Assembly: GCA_934162445.1 (NCBI GenBank)
Contig: CAKPIT010000003.1
Span: forward strand, 64,928-128,927
Origin: an uncultured Bacilli bacterium
GTDB taxonomy: Bacteria > Bacillota_I > Bacilli_A > RF39 > UBA660
Direction of reading: 5' to 3'
Length of the DNA stretch: 64,000 nt
Every line of letters begins with the position of its first letter. Within the stretch, counting starts at the first letter, position 1. Position numbers and translations under genes: made by a program. This document shows positions 26,689 to 37,486 of this stretch, in pieces. Below the pieces are notes generated by a model. It did not search any database. It was given only the letters and a program-made list of their open reading frames with translations, and was not told where the DNA came from.

Positions 26689-28002
26689 ATGATTAGTAAA
26701 CCTAAAGGAACTACAGATATAATCGGTTCTGATGCTAAGATTTGGAAATATGTTGAGAAAGTAATTGATTCTTTCATGGAAAAATATAATTATAACTATG
26801 CAAGAACCCCAATTTTTGAAAATAGTGAATTATTTCACCGGGGAATTGGTGATACAACCGATATTGTAACGAAAGAAACCTATGATTTTAAGGACCGTGG
26901 CGATCGTAATCTTACTTTAAGACCCGAAGGTACCGCTGGTATTGTCAGAAGCTTTATTGAAAACAAACTTTATGCTACTAGTAGTCTTCCTGTTAAACTT
27001 TATTATAATGGCACTATGTATCGTTATGAGCGTCCTCAAAAAGGAAGATATCGGGAATTAAGTCAATATGGAGTAGAGGTACTAGGTAGTTTTGATCCGA
27101 TGATTGATGCCGAAGTTATCTCTCTTGCCTATAATATTAACAAAGCTTTAGGCCTAGCTGACACTGTTATTCATATCAATAGTCTTGGTGATAATGAGTC
27201 ACGTGCTAATTACCGTGAAGCTTTAAAAGCTCATTTTAAACCGCATTTAGATGACTTATGTGATGATTGTAAAAACCGTTATGAGAAAAACCCTTTACGT
27301 CTTTTAGATTGCAAGGTTGATAGTAACAAAGACTATTTTAAAGATGCTCCAAGTATTCTTGATTATTTAAACGAAGAAAGCAAAAACTACTTTGATACGG
27401 TAATCTCTTACTTAGATATTTTAAAGGTTAACTATGTTATTGATGACAAAGTTGTTCGTGGTCTTGATTATTATAATCATATTGTTTTTGAACTTATGAC
27501 TGAGGATAATAACTTAGCCCTAGGTGGCGGGGGAAGATATGATCATTTAGTAGATCAATTAGACGGTCCTAAAACCCCATGCGTTGGTTATGCCGTGGGC
27601 CTTGATCGCTTAGTAGAAATATTAAAATCAAGAGATCTTATTCATCTAGATGATGCCGTTGAAATTTTTATCATGTATGTTAATGATGAAGAGAAATCAT
27701 ATGCCATCTATCTTAGCAATGAATTAAGAACTGCTGGTTTTAAAGTTGAAACTGAGTACATTAAACCAAGTTTAAAAAGTGAATTTAAACGGGCTGATCA
27801 CTTTAACAGTAAATACCTAATAATTTTAAACAGTACCGACTTAAATGAAGGCGTTGTTACCATCAAAAACAACAAAACTAAAGAAGAAGAAAAGATAATG
27901 CTTGAATATCTTATTTATTACTTTGATGAACATTTAGCTGATGAACTAGAAGAAGATGAATGCTGTAATCATCATGAAGAAGAGGAGAGTCACCATGAAT
28001 AA
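26689..28002 (+). CDS. hisS: Histidine--tRNA ligase
   Basis: Class II motifs; HisRS-specific RYERPQKGRYREL and GGGRYD; start at the ATG 8 nt after AAAGGAG. Confidence 0.95.
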   Translation: MISKPKGTTDIIGSDAKIWKYVEKVIDSFMEKYNYNYARTPIFENSELFHRGIGDTTDIVTKETYDFKDRGDRNLTLRPEGTAGIVRSFIENKLYATSSLPVKLYYNGTMYRYERPQKGRYRELSQYGVEVLGSFDPMIDAEVISLAYNINKALGLADTVIHINSLGDNESRANYREALKAHFKPHLDDLCDDCKNRYEKNPLRLLDCKVDSNKDYFKDAPSILDYLNEESKNYFDTVISYLDILKVNYVIDDKVVRGLDYYNHIVFELMTEDNNLALGGGGRYDHLVDQLDGPKTPCVGYAVGLDRLVEILKSRDLIHLDDAVEIFIMYVNDEEKSYAIYLSNELRTAGFKVETEYIKPSLKSEFKRADHFNSKYLIILNSTDLNEGVVTIKNNKTKEEEKIMLEYLIYYFDEHLADELEEDECCNHHEEEESHHE

Positions 28003-29314
28003 AATTTATTTTAAAGATTTAAGAAATTATATTGATAAAGAAATTGAACTTAAAGGATTCGTTGATAGTATTAGAAATCTTCAATGGGTTCAATTCCTAA
28101 TTTTAAAAGATAGTACCGGAAAAGTTCAAGTAACCATTGAAAAAAGTCCTGATGAAAATAAAGATATGGTTAATCTTGTTGAAAGCCTTACCTTAGAAAG
28201 TACAGTTACTATAAAAGGTATTTTAAAAGAAAACCCTAAAGTAAAATTAAATGGTTTAGAGTTCATTCCTCAAGAAATTGAAGTAACCAGTGAAAGTGCT
28301 AGTGAACTTCCTATTAATATTCATGACCTTAATGCTCAATTAATTGACCAACGTCTTGATTATCGTTTTCTTGATTTACGAAATGATTACAATGCGAATA
28401 TCTTTAAAATTCAAACTGAATTAGTTAACTCTATGCGTAAGCTTTTATTAGAAAAATCATTTACAGAAATTCATACTCCTAAACTAATAGGGGCAGCATC
28501 TGAAAGTGGATCTGAAGTATTTGAAGTAAAATATTTTGATCGTAAAGCCTATCTTGCCCAATCACCTCAATTTTATAAACAAATGGCTATTTGTGCAGGT
28601 TTTGATAAAGTCTTTGAAACTGGTCCTGTTTTTAGAGCTGAAAATTCTAACACCAACCGTCATACCACTGAATTTACTGGCTTTGATGTTGAATTTGCCT
28701 ATCTTGACTCAGTTAATGACGTTATGGATTTAGAAGAAGAATTACTAACTAACGCCTTAAAAGACATTCATGCTAAATACCATGATCTTATTAAAGAAAC
28801 ATACAATACTGAAGTTGTGGTTCCTACTGAAAAATTCCCACGCATTACCTTAAGTGACTTATACAAAGTTTTAGAAGAACGTTATAACTACAAAATTTCT
28901 GATGATATGAAAAATGATACTAATAGTGAAGTTGAAAAGTTAGCTTACCAATACGCTATGGATGAATATAATAGTGAATTTATCTTTATTACTGATTTTC
29001 CAACTCTTAAAAGACCATTCTATCATCACCGTAATGCTAAAGGTTTAACCGAAAGTTATGACTTAATCTGGAAAGGAATTGAAATAACTACAGGAGCTGT
29101 AAGAGAACATCGCTATCAAATCTTAAAAGATCAAGCTACGGAAAATGGTCTAACTAAAGATGTTGAGTTCTATTTAGAATTCTTTAAATACGGTTGTCCA
29201 CCACATGGTGGTTTTGGTCTTGGCGTTGACCGTTTAATCATGCTTCTTTTAGATTTAAAAGGTATTAAAGAATCTATGTTCCTCTTTAGAGGACCAAACC
29301 GACTTGAACCATAA
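27995..29314 (+). CDS. aspS: Aspartate--tRNA ligase, archaeal/eukaryotic-type (type 2, short form without GAD insertion)
   Basis: FRAENSNTNRHTTEFTGFDVEFAY matches the eukaryotic/archaeal AspRS motif 2 (EFTGLD) rather than AsnRS (EFWM); C-terminal FRGPNRLEP; the hisS-aspS synteny is conserved; 439 aa; the ATG overlaps the hisS stop. Confidence 0.7.
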   Translation: MNKIYFKDLRNYIDKEIELKGFVDSIRNLQWVQFLILKDSTGKVQVTIEKSPDENKDMVNLVESLTLESTVTIKGILKENPKVKLNGLEFIPQEIEVTSESASELPINIHDLNAQLIDQRLDYRFLDLRNDYNANIFKIQTELVNSMRKLLLEKSFTEIHTPKLIGAASESGSEVFEVKYFDRKAYLAQSPQFYKQMAICAGFDKVFETGPVFRAENSNTNRHTTEFTGFDVEFAYLDSVNDVMDLEEELLTNALKDIHAKYHDLIKETYNTEVVVPTEKFPRITLSDLYKVLEERYNYKISDDMKNDTNSEVEKLAYQYAMDEYNSEFIFITDFPTLKRPFYHHRNAKGLTESYDLIWKGIEITTGAVREHRYQILKDQATENGLTKDVEFYLEFFKYGCPPHGGFGLGVDRLIMLLLDLKGIKESMFLFRGPNRLEP

Positions 29315-29338
29315 TCTATATAAAAAAGGAGGAATAAT

Positions 29339-31072
29339 ATGCATAATCAAGAAACTATAAACGAAATAAGACGTAAAACCGATATAGTTGATGTCATAAG
29401 TGAATTTATTCCTCTTGAAAAACGGGGCAAAAACTACTTTGGTGTTTGTCCTTTTCACGATGATAGCAATCCTTCAATGTGCATCTCAAGGGAAAAACAA
29501 ATCTATACTTGTTTTTCTTGTCATGCCACTGGTAATGTTTTTACCTTTCTTATGAATTATCAACATAAAGATTTTTTTGATGTATTAAAAGAATTAGGCT
29601 CTAAAGTGGGTATTACTATCAATAGCTATTCCAAAGAAAAAACTAAGACTAAATATGATGCTTGGTATGATATCTATAATCTAGCCGTTAAATTTTATCA
29701 AAATAATTTAATGAGTGAAGATGGACTTCTTGCTCGTGACTACTTGAAAAGCCGTCATATTGATGATGATACTATTAAAGAATTTGCCATCGGCTATTCC
29801 CTAAAAGATCGGGATGTTTTAACTAAATTACTAACTAAAAAAGGTTATTCCACTGATTTATTAAATAAAATAGGACTAAGTAATAACGATTATGATATTT
29901 ATCATTCCCGGTTAATGTTTCCTTTATATGATTTATCTGGTAAAGTAATCGGCTTTAGTGGCAGAATTATTACTGATGGTAAAGAAAATAAATACTTGAA
30001 TACTAAAGAAACCGACTTGTTTAAAAAAAGTAATCTTTTATATCATTATCACATTGCTAAAGATGCATCTCGTATCTCTAAATCCGTTATTATTATGGAA
30101 GGATTTATGGATATCATTAGAGCTTCCACTGTTGGCATTAAAAACACCGTAGCCACTATGGGAACTGCTTTAACTAGTGATCACATCAAAGAGATTAAAC
30201 GCCTGTCTTCTAACATTTTACTATGTTTTGATGGCGATGAAGCGGGCTATAAAGCAACCCTTCGCGCTGGTGAGTTGTTTGCTAAAGAAAATATGGAAGT
30301 TAAAGTCATTACCCTTGAAGGTGGTGATGATCCGGATACTTATATTTTAAAAAATGGTAAAGACGCCTTTCAAAATCTTATTGATCACGCTATTTACTAT
30401 AGTGATTTTAAAATAAATAGTCTAAGTCTTGGTAAAAATTTAATTAGTAGTGAAGATAAAGCTAACTACATTCATGAAGTTTTAAAAGAAACCGCTAAAA
30501 TAAATGATAAAATTAGGGTTGAAATAATTTTAAAAGACCTTGCAAAAAAGTTCGAAATAGGGTATAATACCCTAGAAAAAAGTTTTCAGGAATTAGTAAG
30601 CAGTAACGAAAGTATTAAACCACAAGTTATTCCTGAAAATAAGACAGCAAGAATAAAAAAAGATAAATATCAAAAAGCCAGTTATGATATTTTGTATTAT
30701 ATGTTAAATAAAGAAGAAATAATAGAGATAGTAGAGAAAGAACATCTTGTTTTTCCTACTGAAGAGTTACGAGCACTAGAAGCTGAAATTGTTTATTTTT
30801 ATCATAAATATGGTTTTATTAATACTGCTGACTTTTATACTTATCTAGTACCAAAAGAAAAACTAGCTAATCTTTTTAGTGAAATTATTAAGTTGGATTT
30901 AAAAGATGATATCACAAAATCTGAACTATTTGCCTATTTTAGTGTTATTAATGAATATAACCTGAAAAAATCAATTGAAAGTTTAGAAACTAAGATTAAA
31001 ACTACACTAGACCCAACCCTCCAAATAAAATATGCTGAAGAGATTAGAAAATTAAGGATAGGGGAGAAATAA
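29339..31072 (+). CDS. dnaG: DNA primase
   Basis: Zinc ribbon [14 protein letters not shown]...[19 protein letters not shown] and DGDEAG motifs. Confidence 0.95.
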   Translation: MHNQETINEIRRKTDIVDVISEFIPLEKRGKNYFGVCPFHDDSNPSMCISREKQIYTCFSCHATGNVFTFLMNYQHKDFFDVLKELGSKVGITINSYSKEKTKTKYDAWYDIYNLAVKFYQNNLMSEDGLLARDYLKSRHIDDDTIKEFAIGYSLKDRDVLTKLLTKKGYSTDLLNKIGLSNNDYDIYHSRLMFPLYDLSGKVIGFSGRIITDGKENKYLNTKETDLFKKSNLLYHYHIAKDASRISKSVIIMEGFMDIIRASTVGIKNTVATMGTALTSDHIKEIKRLSSNILLCFDGDEAGYKATLRAGELFAKENMEVKVITLEGGDDPDTYILKNGKDAFQNLIDHAIYYSDFKINSLSLGKNLISSEDKANYIHEVLKETAKINDKIRVEIILKDLAKKFEIGYNTLEKSFQELVSSNESIKPQVIPENKTARIKKDKYQKASYDILYYMLNKEEIIEIVEKEHLVFPTEELRALEAEIVYFYHKYGFINTADFYTYLVPKEKLANLFSEIIKLDLKDDITKSELFAYFSVINEYNLKKSIESLETKIKTTLDPTLQIKYAEEIRKLRIGEK

Positions 31073-31074
31073 TA

Positions 31075-32166
31075 ATGGTAGAAGAAATCAAAACAATGGA
31101 AGAAAGAAAGGCTAAATTATTAAAATTAGGAGAACAACAAGGTTATATTACTTATGAACAATTAGCCAATGAATTAAAAGGTCTAGAAATAGATAGTGAT
31201 TCTTTAGACGATTTATATAATAGTCTTGTTCAAGATGGTATTGAAATTGTTAGTGATGATGGTAGTGATGATATTTCTGGTGAAGAAATAACTGAAGATA
31301 CTAAAACTGAAGATTTAACATTATCAAAAGATATTAAAATAAATGATCCTGTTAGAATGTATTTAAAAGAAATCGGTCGTATTCCACTTTTAACTAGTGA
31401 TGAAGAATTTGAATATGCTAAAAGAGCTGTTTTAGATGATGAAGAAGCTAAACGTATTTTAGCTGAGTCTAATCTTCGTTTAGTAGTTTCTATTGCTAAA
31501 AGATATGTCGGTCGTGGTATGCTTTTCCTAGATCTAATCCAAGAAGGAAATATTGGTTTAATGAAAGCCGTTGAAAAGTTTGATCCTACCAAAGGTTATA
31601 AATTCTCAACTTATGCTACATGGTGGATAAGACAAGCTATTACAAGAGCTATTGCCGATCAAGCAAGAACTATTAGAGTTCCTGTTCACATGGTTGAAAC
31701 TATCAACAAATTAGCTCGCGTACAACGTCAATTAACCCAAGAGTTAAATAGAGAACCAACTGATGAAGAAATAGCAGCCAAATTAGAAATCCCAGTTGAA
31801 AAAGTTCGTGAAGTTTATAAAATCAGTCAAGATCCCGTTGCGTTAGAAACTCCAATTGGCGAAGAAGATGATTCACACTTAGGAGACTTTATCAAAGATG
31901 ATAGAACTATTGGTCCTGAAGAATATACTACTGAAGAAATGTTAAAAGAGGAATTAGCTGGTGTTTTATTAACCCTAACGGATAGAGAAGAGAAAGTATT
32001 AAGATTACGATTTGGTCTTGATGATGGACAGTGTCGTACTCTTGAAGAAGTAGGACAAATATTTGGCGTAACAAGAGAGCGCATTAGACAAATTGAAGCG
32101 AAAGCTTTAAGAAAATTACGTCATCCTTCAAGATCACGTAAATTAAAGGACTTTTTAACTGACTAA
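31075..32166 (+). CDS. sigA: RNA polymerase primary sigma factor
   Basis: Region 2.4 [22 protein letters not shown]; region 4.2 [27 protein letters not shown]; dnaG-sigA synteny. Confidence 0.95.
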   Translation: MVEEIKTMEERKAKLLKLGEQQGYITYEQLANELKGLEIDSDSLDDLYNSLVQDGIEIVSDDGSDDISGEEITEDTKTEDLTLSKDIKINDPVRMYLKEIGRIPLLTSDEEFEYAKRAVLDDEEAKRILAESNLRLVVSIAKRYVGRGMLFLDLIQEGNIGLMKAVEKFDPTKGYKFSTYATWWIRQAITRAIADQARTIRVPVHMVETINKLARVQRQLTQELNREPTDEEIAAKLEIPVEKVREVYKISQDPVALETPIGEEDDSHLGDFIKDDRTIGPEEYTTEEMLKEELAGVLLTLTDREEKVLRLRFGLDDGQCRTLEEVGQIFGVTRERIRQIEAKALRKLRHPSRSRKLKDFLTD

Positions 32167-32837
32167 TGAAAATTAATTCTCGGCTTAAATTAATTGGTGA
32201 TTTAATAGCTCAAGATAGTTATCCATTAGATATTGGCTGTGATCATGCCTTACTTTCCATTTATCTCGTTAAAGAACGAAAGCTAAAACAAGCTCTTGCT
32301 AGTGATAATAAACCTCTCCCATTAAAAAAAGCTTTAGAAAACGTTAAATATTATCACGTTGAAGATAAAGTTAGACTAATAGAAGCTAATGGTCTTGATA
32401 GTTATAATGACAAAGTAGATACCGTTACTATCTCTGGTATTGGTGGCTTAAATATCAATAGTATTTTAGATCATCATAAAGACTATTTTAAAACTATTAA
32501 CACCTTTATCATCTCTCCTAATAATTATCAATTGAGTGTTAAACAAAAACTAACTAAATATGGTTATTTTATTGCTGATGAATACCTTATTAAAGACAAA
32601 AATATTATTTATCAAATTATTATCTTTAAAAAAGGTAAAAAACATTATTCATACAAAGATTTATTTTTAGGTCCTGTTTTAAAAATCAAAAAAGATCCAT
32701 TAATTAAAGAATACTATCAAAAAGAATTAACAACTAAGGAAAATCTTTTAAAAGTTTTACCTAAAAAATATCTTCATAAACGTCTTATTACTAAAAAAGA
32801 AATAATCTATTTAAAAGAAATGTTAAATAAAAAGTAG
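32166..32837 (+). CDS. trmK: tRNA (adenine22-N1)-methyltransferase TrmK (YqfN-like)
   Basis: LSKRL..IA-like N-terminus with DIGCDHALLSIYL (TrmK SAM motif DIGSDHAYL); conserved position immediately after sigA. Confidence 0.75.
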   Translation: MKINSRLKLIGDLIAQDSYPLDIGCDHALLSIYLVKERKLKQALASDNKPLPLKKALENVKYYHVEDKVRLIEANGLDSYNDKVDTVTISGIGGLNINSILDHHKDYFKTINTFIISPNNYQLSVKQKLTKYGYFIADEYLIKDKNIIYQIIIFKKGKKHYSYKDLFLGPVLKIKKDPLIKEYYQKELTTKENLLKVLPKKYLHKRLITKKEIIYLKEMLNKK

Positions 32838-32931
32838 AAATCATGATATTCATGATTTTTATTATGAAAAAATCTTGAAAAAATCTATATCTTATATTAT
32901 CCTTATAATAAAGTGAAAGAAGAGTGAGAAA

Positions 32932-33990
32932 ATGAAAGTAATATTAACAGGCGACCGTCCAACTGGAAATCTTCATTTAGGACACTATGTTGGTTCCTTA
33001 AAAAATAGAGTAGCCTTACAAAATAAAAATGATTATGATGCCATGTATGTCTTTATTGCTGATGTACAGGCTCTAACTGATAATTTTAAAAACCCTAAGA
33101 AAGTTCATGATAACATTAAAGAAGTAATGCTTGATTATCTATCAATAGGACTAGATCCTAATAAAGTTACTTTCTTTATTCAAAGTGAAGTTAGTGAATT
33201 ATGTGAGTTAACAGTTTACTATATGAATTTAGTAACTCTATCTCGTCTAGAACGTAATCCGACAGTTAAACAAGAAATAAAACAAAAAGACTTTGCATCA
33301 TCAATTCCTGTTGGGTTCTTAAATTATCCTATTAGTCAAACGGCCGATATAACTGCTTTTAAAGCTAATATTATTCCTGTTGGCGAAGATCAATTACCAA
33401 TGATTGAACAAGCCCGGGAAATTGTTAAAAGTTTTAATAACATCTATGGCGAAGTGTTAGTAGCTCCTGATGCTTTAATACCTGATAATAAAATATGTAG
33501 ACGTCTTCCCGGCCTTGATGGTAAAAGTAAAATGAGTAAATCACTTGGTAACTGTATTTATCTAAAAGATGATAGTGAAACTGTTAAGAAGAAAGTAATG
33601 AGTATGTACACAGATCCTAATCATATAAGAATAGAAGATGCTGGTAATACTAAAGATAATGCTGTCTTTACTTATTTAGAGGCCTTTGCAACTGATGAAC
33701 ACTTTGAAAAATATTTACCAGAATATAAAAATCTTGATGAGTTAAAAGCCCATTATGAAAAGGGTGGTCTAGGAGATGTTACCATTAAAAAATTCCTTTA
33801 TAATATTCTTGAAGATACTCTAAAACCAATAAGAGAAAGACGTAAATATTATGAAGAACATCTTGATTTAGTTGATCAAATTTTAAAAGAAGGTACTGCC
33901 AAAGCTCGTAAAGTTGCCCAAGATACTTTACATGAAGTAAAAAATAATATGTATTTAAATTATTTTGAAGGAGAAAACAATGAAAGATAA
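32932..33990 (+). CDS. trpS: Tryptophan--tRNA ligase
   Basis: Class I HIGH-like TGNLHLGHY and KMSKS; 352 aa fits the TrpRS (type II) size; a hairpin terminator and promoter lie upstream. Confidence 0.8.
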   Translation: MKVILTGDRPTGNLHLGHYVGSLKNRVALQNKNDYDAMYVFIADVQALTDNFKNPKKVHDNIKEVMLDYLSIGLDPNKVTFFIQSEVSELCELTVYYMNLVTLSRLERNPTVKQEIKQKDFASSIPVGFLNYPISQTADITAFKANIIPVGEDQLPMIEQAREIVKSFNNIYGEVLVAPDALIPDNKICRRLPGLDGKSKMSKSLGNCIYLKDDSETVKKKVMSMYTDPNHIRIEDAGNTKDNAVFTYLEAFATDEHFEKYLPEYKNLDELKAHYEKGGLGDVTIKKFLYNILEDTLKPIRERRKYYEEHLDLVDQILKEGTAKARKVAQDTLHEVKNNMYLNYFEGENNER

Positions 33991-34813
33991 AATTATTTTA
34001 GCTATTAAAGGCTTTTTTATGGGAATAGCCAATATTATTCCCGGTGTTAGTGGGGGAACTTTGGCCATCACCATGGGAATTTATGAAGATTTAATAGAAG
34101 CCATTAGTCATTTTTTTTCCAAAATTAAAGAAAATTTTAAATTCTTAATTCCTGTTTTATTAGGAGCTGTTATTTCCGTTATCTTAGGAAGTAGAGTTAT
34201 CAGTTACTCATTAGAAAAATATCCACTTCCTACCATTATGTTCTTTATTGGCCTAATTTTAGGCGGAATTCCTATGTTATATAAAAAAATTAAAGGAAAT
34301 AGTAAACCTTCTAACATCTTCATCTTTATTTTAACATTTTCCCTAGTAATCGGTTTAATGTTTTTAAAAAGTGGTAACAATGTTAGTTTTACCAATATGA
34401 ACATTATGGATTACATTCTCTTATTTATAGTAGGCGTAATAGCCTCAGCCACCATGATTATCCCGGGAATTAGTGGTAGTTTTATGTTAATGGTAATGGG
34501 CTATTATAAACCGATTTTACATACAATCAATAGTCTTACTAGTTTTCAAAATATTGTTCCAAATATGTTAATTTTAATTCCCTTTGGCCTTGGGGTTTTA
34601 GTAGGGTTAGTCTTAATTGCTAAAGTCTTAGAATACTTATTTAATAAATTTGAAGTTCCAACTTATTTTGGAATCATTGGCTTTGTCTTAGCTAGTATCA
34701 TCGGTATTTTTACCAGTACCGAAGGTTTAAGTTTCACCTTACCTCAAATTATTGTCAGTCTAATTCTATTTGTCATAGGATTTGTCATTGCCCTAAAATT
34801 AGGTGATGAATAG
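33980..34813 (+). CDS. DUF368-family polytopic membrane protein (PopT-like candidate undecaprenyl-phosphate translocase)
   Basis: IIPGVSGGTLAITMG and a second internal repeat IIPGISGSFMLMVMG are characteristic of DUF368; start at the ATG after GAAGGAG. Confidence 0.65.
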   Translation: MKDKIILAIKGFFMGIANIIPGVSGGTLAITMGIYEDLIEAISHFFSKIKENFKFLIPVLLGAVISVILGSRVISYSLEKYPLPTIMFFIGLILGGIPMLYKKIKGNSKPSNIFIFILTFSLVIGLMFLKSGNNVSFTNMNIMDYILLFIVGVIASATMIIPGISGSFMLMVMGYYKPILHTINSLTSFQNIVPNMLILIPFGLGVLVGLVLIAKVLEYLFNKFEVPTYFGIIGFVLASIIGIFTSTEGLSFTLPQIIVSLILFVIGFVIALKLGDE

Positions 34814-34868
34814 TCTTTACATAATAACACATTTTGTGTTATTATTTTTATAAGGTAGGGTGTTATGT

Positions 34869-36716
34869 ATGAAACAATCTATGAAGGAATCTATAAAGCA
34901 ATTTTTTAAAAAATTAAATGAGACCAACATCTCAAAAAAGTATGTTATTATCGTTTTAGGAATCAGTATGTTAATGGTTTGTAGTTATTTTTCTTATGCC
35001 ATGTTTACCGTTTCTAAAGAAAAACAAAATGCTATTAAAATTGTTACTGGTAATTTAACATATAAACTAACAGTTAATGGTACAGAAACAACAAGTATCA
35101 GTGTACCGGCTAAAACTACTAGCGAATATACGGTTATTTTAACTAATCCTAATAGCAGAAAAGCCCGGTTTAACTTTTATTATATTGAAACTACAGATGT
35201 TAAAAATTATCTTAATGTTGGCTATGTTACTAAATCAGGATCAAGTACGCTTCCAAGTGCCACTGGTACTAATATAAATCAAAATGCTAGTAATACTTAC
35301 ACCCTAAAAGTAACTAATAGTAGTTCATCTAGTAAAACTCTTAAATTAGGAGTAGAAGTAGGTCTTGATTATAATAATTTGGCTCTTCCTACCTCATCTT
35401 CTCTTGGTGGAACGGCTAAAATTTTTAGTGAATATACAAATGGTACTACCACGATTGCTGAATATCTTCTTGCTGATAGTTCCAATAGTCTTGATACGAG
35501 TGACAGCGATCAAACCTTTATTACTGGTTCAAGCCCTAATAACTATATTTGGTACAGTGGTAAGATGTGGAAGGCTGTATCTATAAATACCTTCGACAAC
35601 AGTGTTAAAGCAGTAACCGAAAACAGTATTTCCGTAATATCATATAACGAATCAGATGGTATTTTTGATGGCAGTTATATGGATAGTTGGTTAAATGATG
35701 AAACTGTTGATGGTTTCTTAGGTAACTTACGGGAACCAGAAAAATTTTTAAAATCTGATAGTGAATGGAATGCTACTGCTACCACTTCAACTAGTAAACC
35801 AGATGAGAGTAATGTAGTAACAAGAGTTGTTGGCTCCTTAAATTTATATGAATATACCATGAGTTATAAAAATACAACTAGCAGTAAAGGCTATTTAATG
35901 AACGGCAAGTCTTGGTGGTTAATAACTCCTGCTTACAATAATATTGTTAACTATGTTGATATCGATGGTCGTATCGGTACTGATTCTCCTAGTATTGGTT
36001 ATGGTATAAGACCTGCCGTTAATTTTGATGCAAGTATTCAAATTGCCAGTGGTAGTGGTACATCATCTAATCCATATCGCCTAGAAGGTGATAATGATAG
36101 TGCTGTAAGTGATGAATTAAGTGCAAGGTATAGTGGTGAATATGTTGCATTTGGTAAGGGTGACAACAATTTATACCGTATTGTCAGTCATGAAGTAGAA
36201 GGAACAACCAAAATAGTCAGTGTTAAACCTATCATTGATGAATCATCATCAGCTTATAAAGATCAATATGGTAATTACATGTATCAAACTGATATTGGTA
36301 TTGGTAATTTCTTAAATAATGATTTCCTATCTAACTATTTAGAAGATTATCAACCGAGCTTATTAGTAGAGAATGCCGAGTGGTATTTTGGAACAGTTGC
36401 TAGTGGCGGTAGTTATAAATTAGCCAAATATCAAGGTATAGATGACGATACCCTAACTAATGATACTACTACTGCTAGAGTTGGTCTATTACGTTATGGT
36501 GAATTATTTGCAACCACAGGTAGTGATGATAACAATTTTGTTACTATTACTCCAATAAACACAACAACCATGCACTACATTGGTAATTGCGATTGGGATC
36601 TGGAAATATCAACCACTGATGGTGCTGAAATCAAACCAGCCATGTTTATCATGGAAGGAATATATATTGTAGAAGGTAGTGGTACTAAAACTGATCCATT
36701 CATAATTAATGGTTAA
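34869..36716 (+). CDS. Hypothetical large surface protein with N-terminal membrane anchor, Ser/Thr/Asn-rich
   Basis: N-terminal TM YVIIVLGISMLMVCSYFSY followed by a ~580-aa Thr/Ser/Gly-rich ectodomain; no known motif. Confidence 0.4.
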   Translation: MKQSMKESIKQFFKKLNETNISKKYVIIVLGISMLMVCSYFSYAMFTVSKEKQNAIKIVTGNLTYKLTVNGTETTSISVPAKTTSEYTVILTNPNSRKARFNFYYIETTDVKNYLNVGYVTKSGSSTLPSATGTNINQNASNTYTLKVTNSSSSSKTLKLGVEVGLDYNNLALPTSSSLGGTAKIFSEYTNGTTTIAEYLLADSSNSLDTSDSDQTFITGSSPNNYIWYSGKMWKAVSINTFDNSVKAVTENSISVISYNESDGIFDGSYMDSWLNDETVDGFLGNLREPEKFLKSDSEWNATATTSTSKPDESNVVTRVVGSLNLYEYTMSYKNTTSSKGYLMNGKSWWLITPAYNNIVNYVDIDGRIGTDSPSIGYGIRPAVNFDASIQIASGSGTSSNPYRLEGDNDSAVSDELSARYSGEYVAFGKGDNNLYRIVSHEVEGTTKIVSVKPIIDESSSAYKDQYGNYMYQTDIGIGNFLNNDFLSNYLEDYQPSLLVENAEWYFGTVASGGSYKLAKYQGIDDDTLTNDTTTARVGLLRYGELFATTGSDDNNFVTITPINTTTMHYIGNCDWDLEISTTDGAEIKPAMFIMEGIYIVEGSGTKTDPFIING

Positions 36717-36759
36717 TAAAACATTTGACAAATCATTCATTTAGTGTAAAATATAGATT

Positions 36760-36965
36760 ATAAATACATTTACTTAAGGACTCGGTAAAAGCTGTCTTTT
36801 AGTTAAAGAGACTTAGTGGTTGGTGCAAACTAAGAAAAGCGCTTTTATTACTACCTTAAGGAGTAGAATTATGAAAAGTAATTCCGGTTACGGCCGTTAT
36901 CGAAATTAAGTAAAATAAGGATGGTACCGCATAATTATGTTCCTGTTGGTATCATCTTTTTTTAT
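36760..36965 (+). promoter_or_regulatory. T-box riboswitch-like leader (tRNA-sensing) with terminator/antiterminator
   Basis: Promoter TTGACA(36725)-16-TAAAAT; AGAGA-type stem I region; conserved T-box sequence AATAAGGATGGTACCGCAT (consensus AAnnnGGGTGGTACCGCG) at 36913-36931; terminator arms GATGGTACC (36920-36928) / GGTATCATC (36948-36956) followed by TTTTTTT. Confidence 0.6.
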
Positions 36966-36982
36966 TGAGAGGAGTAAATTAT

Positions 36983-37471
36983 ATGGGAAAGAAAAAAGCT
37001 TACTATAAAAGCTTAAATGAATGTGAAAATATTCATGACTTTATGCGTAATCGCTGTAATGTTAAAAGTCATCATCGTAAAAGGACCAGAATGCATCATA
37101 ATGATATGGAACTATACTTAAGTGAACGAGGTGCCGTTCCTCCTAAAAACATTAATTTAAAAGTGGCTATGAAAGGTTTTGACTACAAATACGTTTTTGT
37201 CAAGGATGATGACAATAATATAAGGTGCTATCAAAATCCGTTAGCAACAACTAAAGAGGAATTATTAGGTGAAGAAGTTGATCAAAAAACTCTTCTAGAA
37301 CGAAGACGAACTATTTTAAATGCTATGGGTTATGATTATGATCAAATAACTGGTGAAGTTAAAACCCTTGAAGAAATTAATCACGACCTAGAAGAAGAGG
37401 CTCTTTATATGTTAGAACCTACTGAAAAGAATAATCGTCATAAGGTACTTAGTAAAAAACATTATTATTAG
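36983..37471 (+). CDS. Hypothetical basic protein encoded between the T-box leader and thrS
   Basis: 162 aa from the ATG after GAGAGGAG; His/Arg/Lys-rich N-terminus (SHHRKRTRMHH), acidic C-terminal half; no known motif. Confidence 0.4.
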   Translation: MGKKKAYYKSLNECENIHDFMRNRCNVKSHHRKRTRMHHNDMELYLSERGAVPPKNINLKVAMKGFDYKYVFVKDDDNNIRCYQNPLATTKEELLGEEVDQKTLLERRRTILNAMGYDYDQITGEVKTLEEINHDLEEEALYMLEPTEKNNRHKVLSKKHYY

Positions 37472-37486
37472 AAAGAAGGAATAACT

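Noticed and set aside
31230-32084. Antisense ORFs inside sigA (31230-31592, 31827-32084)
   Set aside because: These are shadow ORFs opposite a highly conserved gene.
36723-36735. Shared motif TTTGACAAAT at the thrS-leader promoter and the 59345 palindrome
   Set aside because: The overlap is explained by the -35 consensus plus an A/T-rich context. Only the 59345 site is a true inverted repeat.
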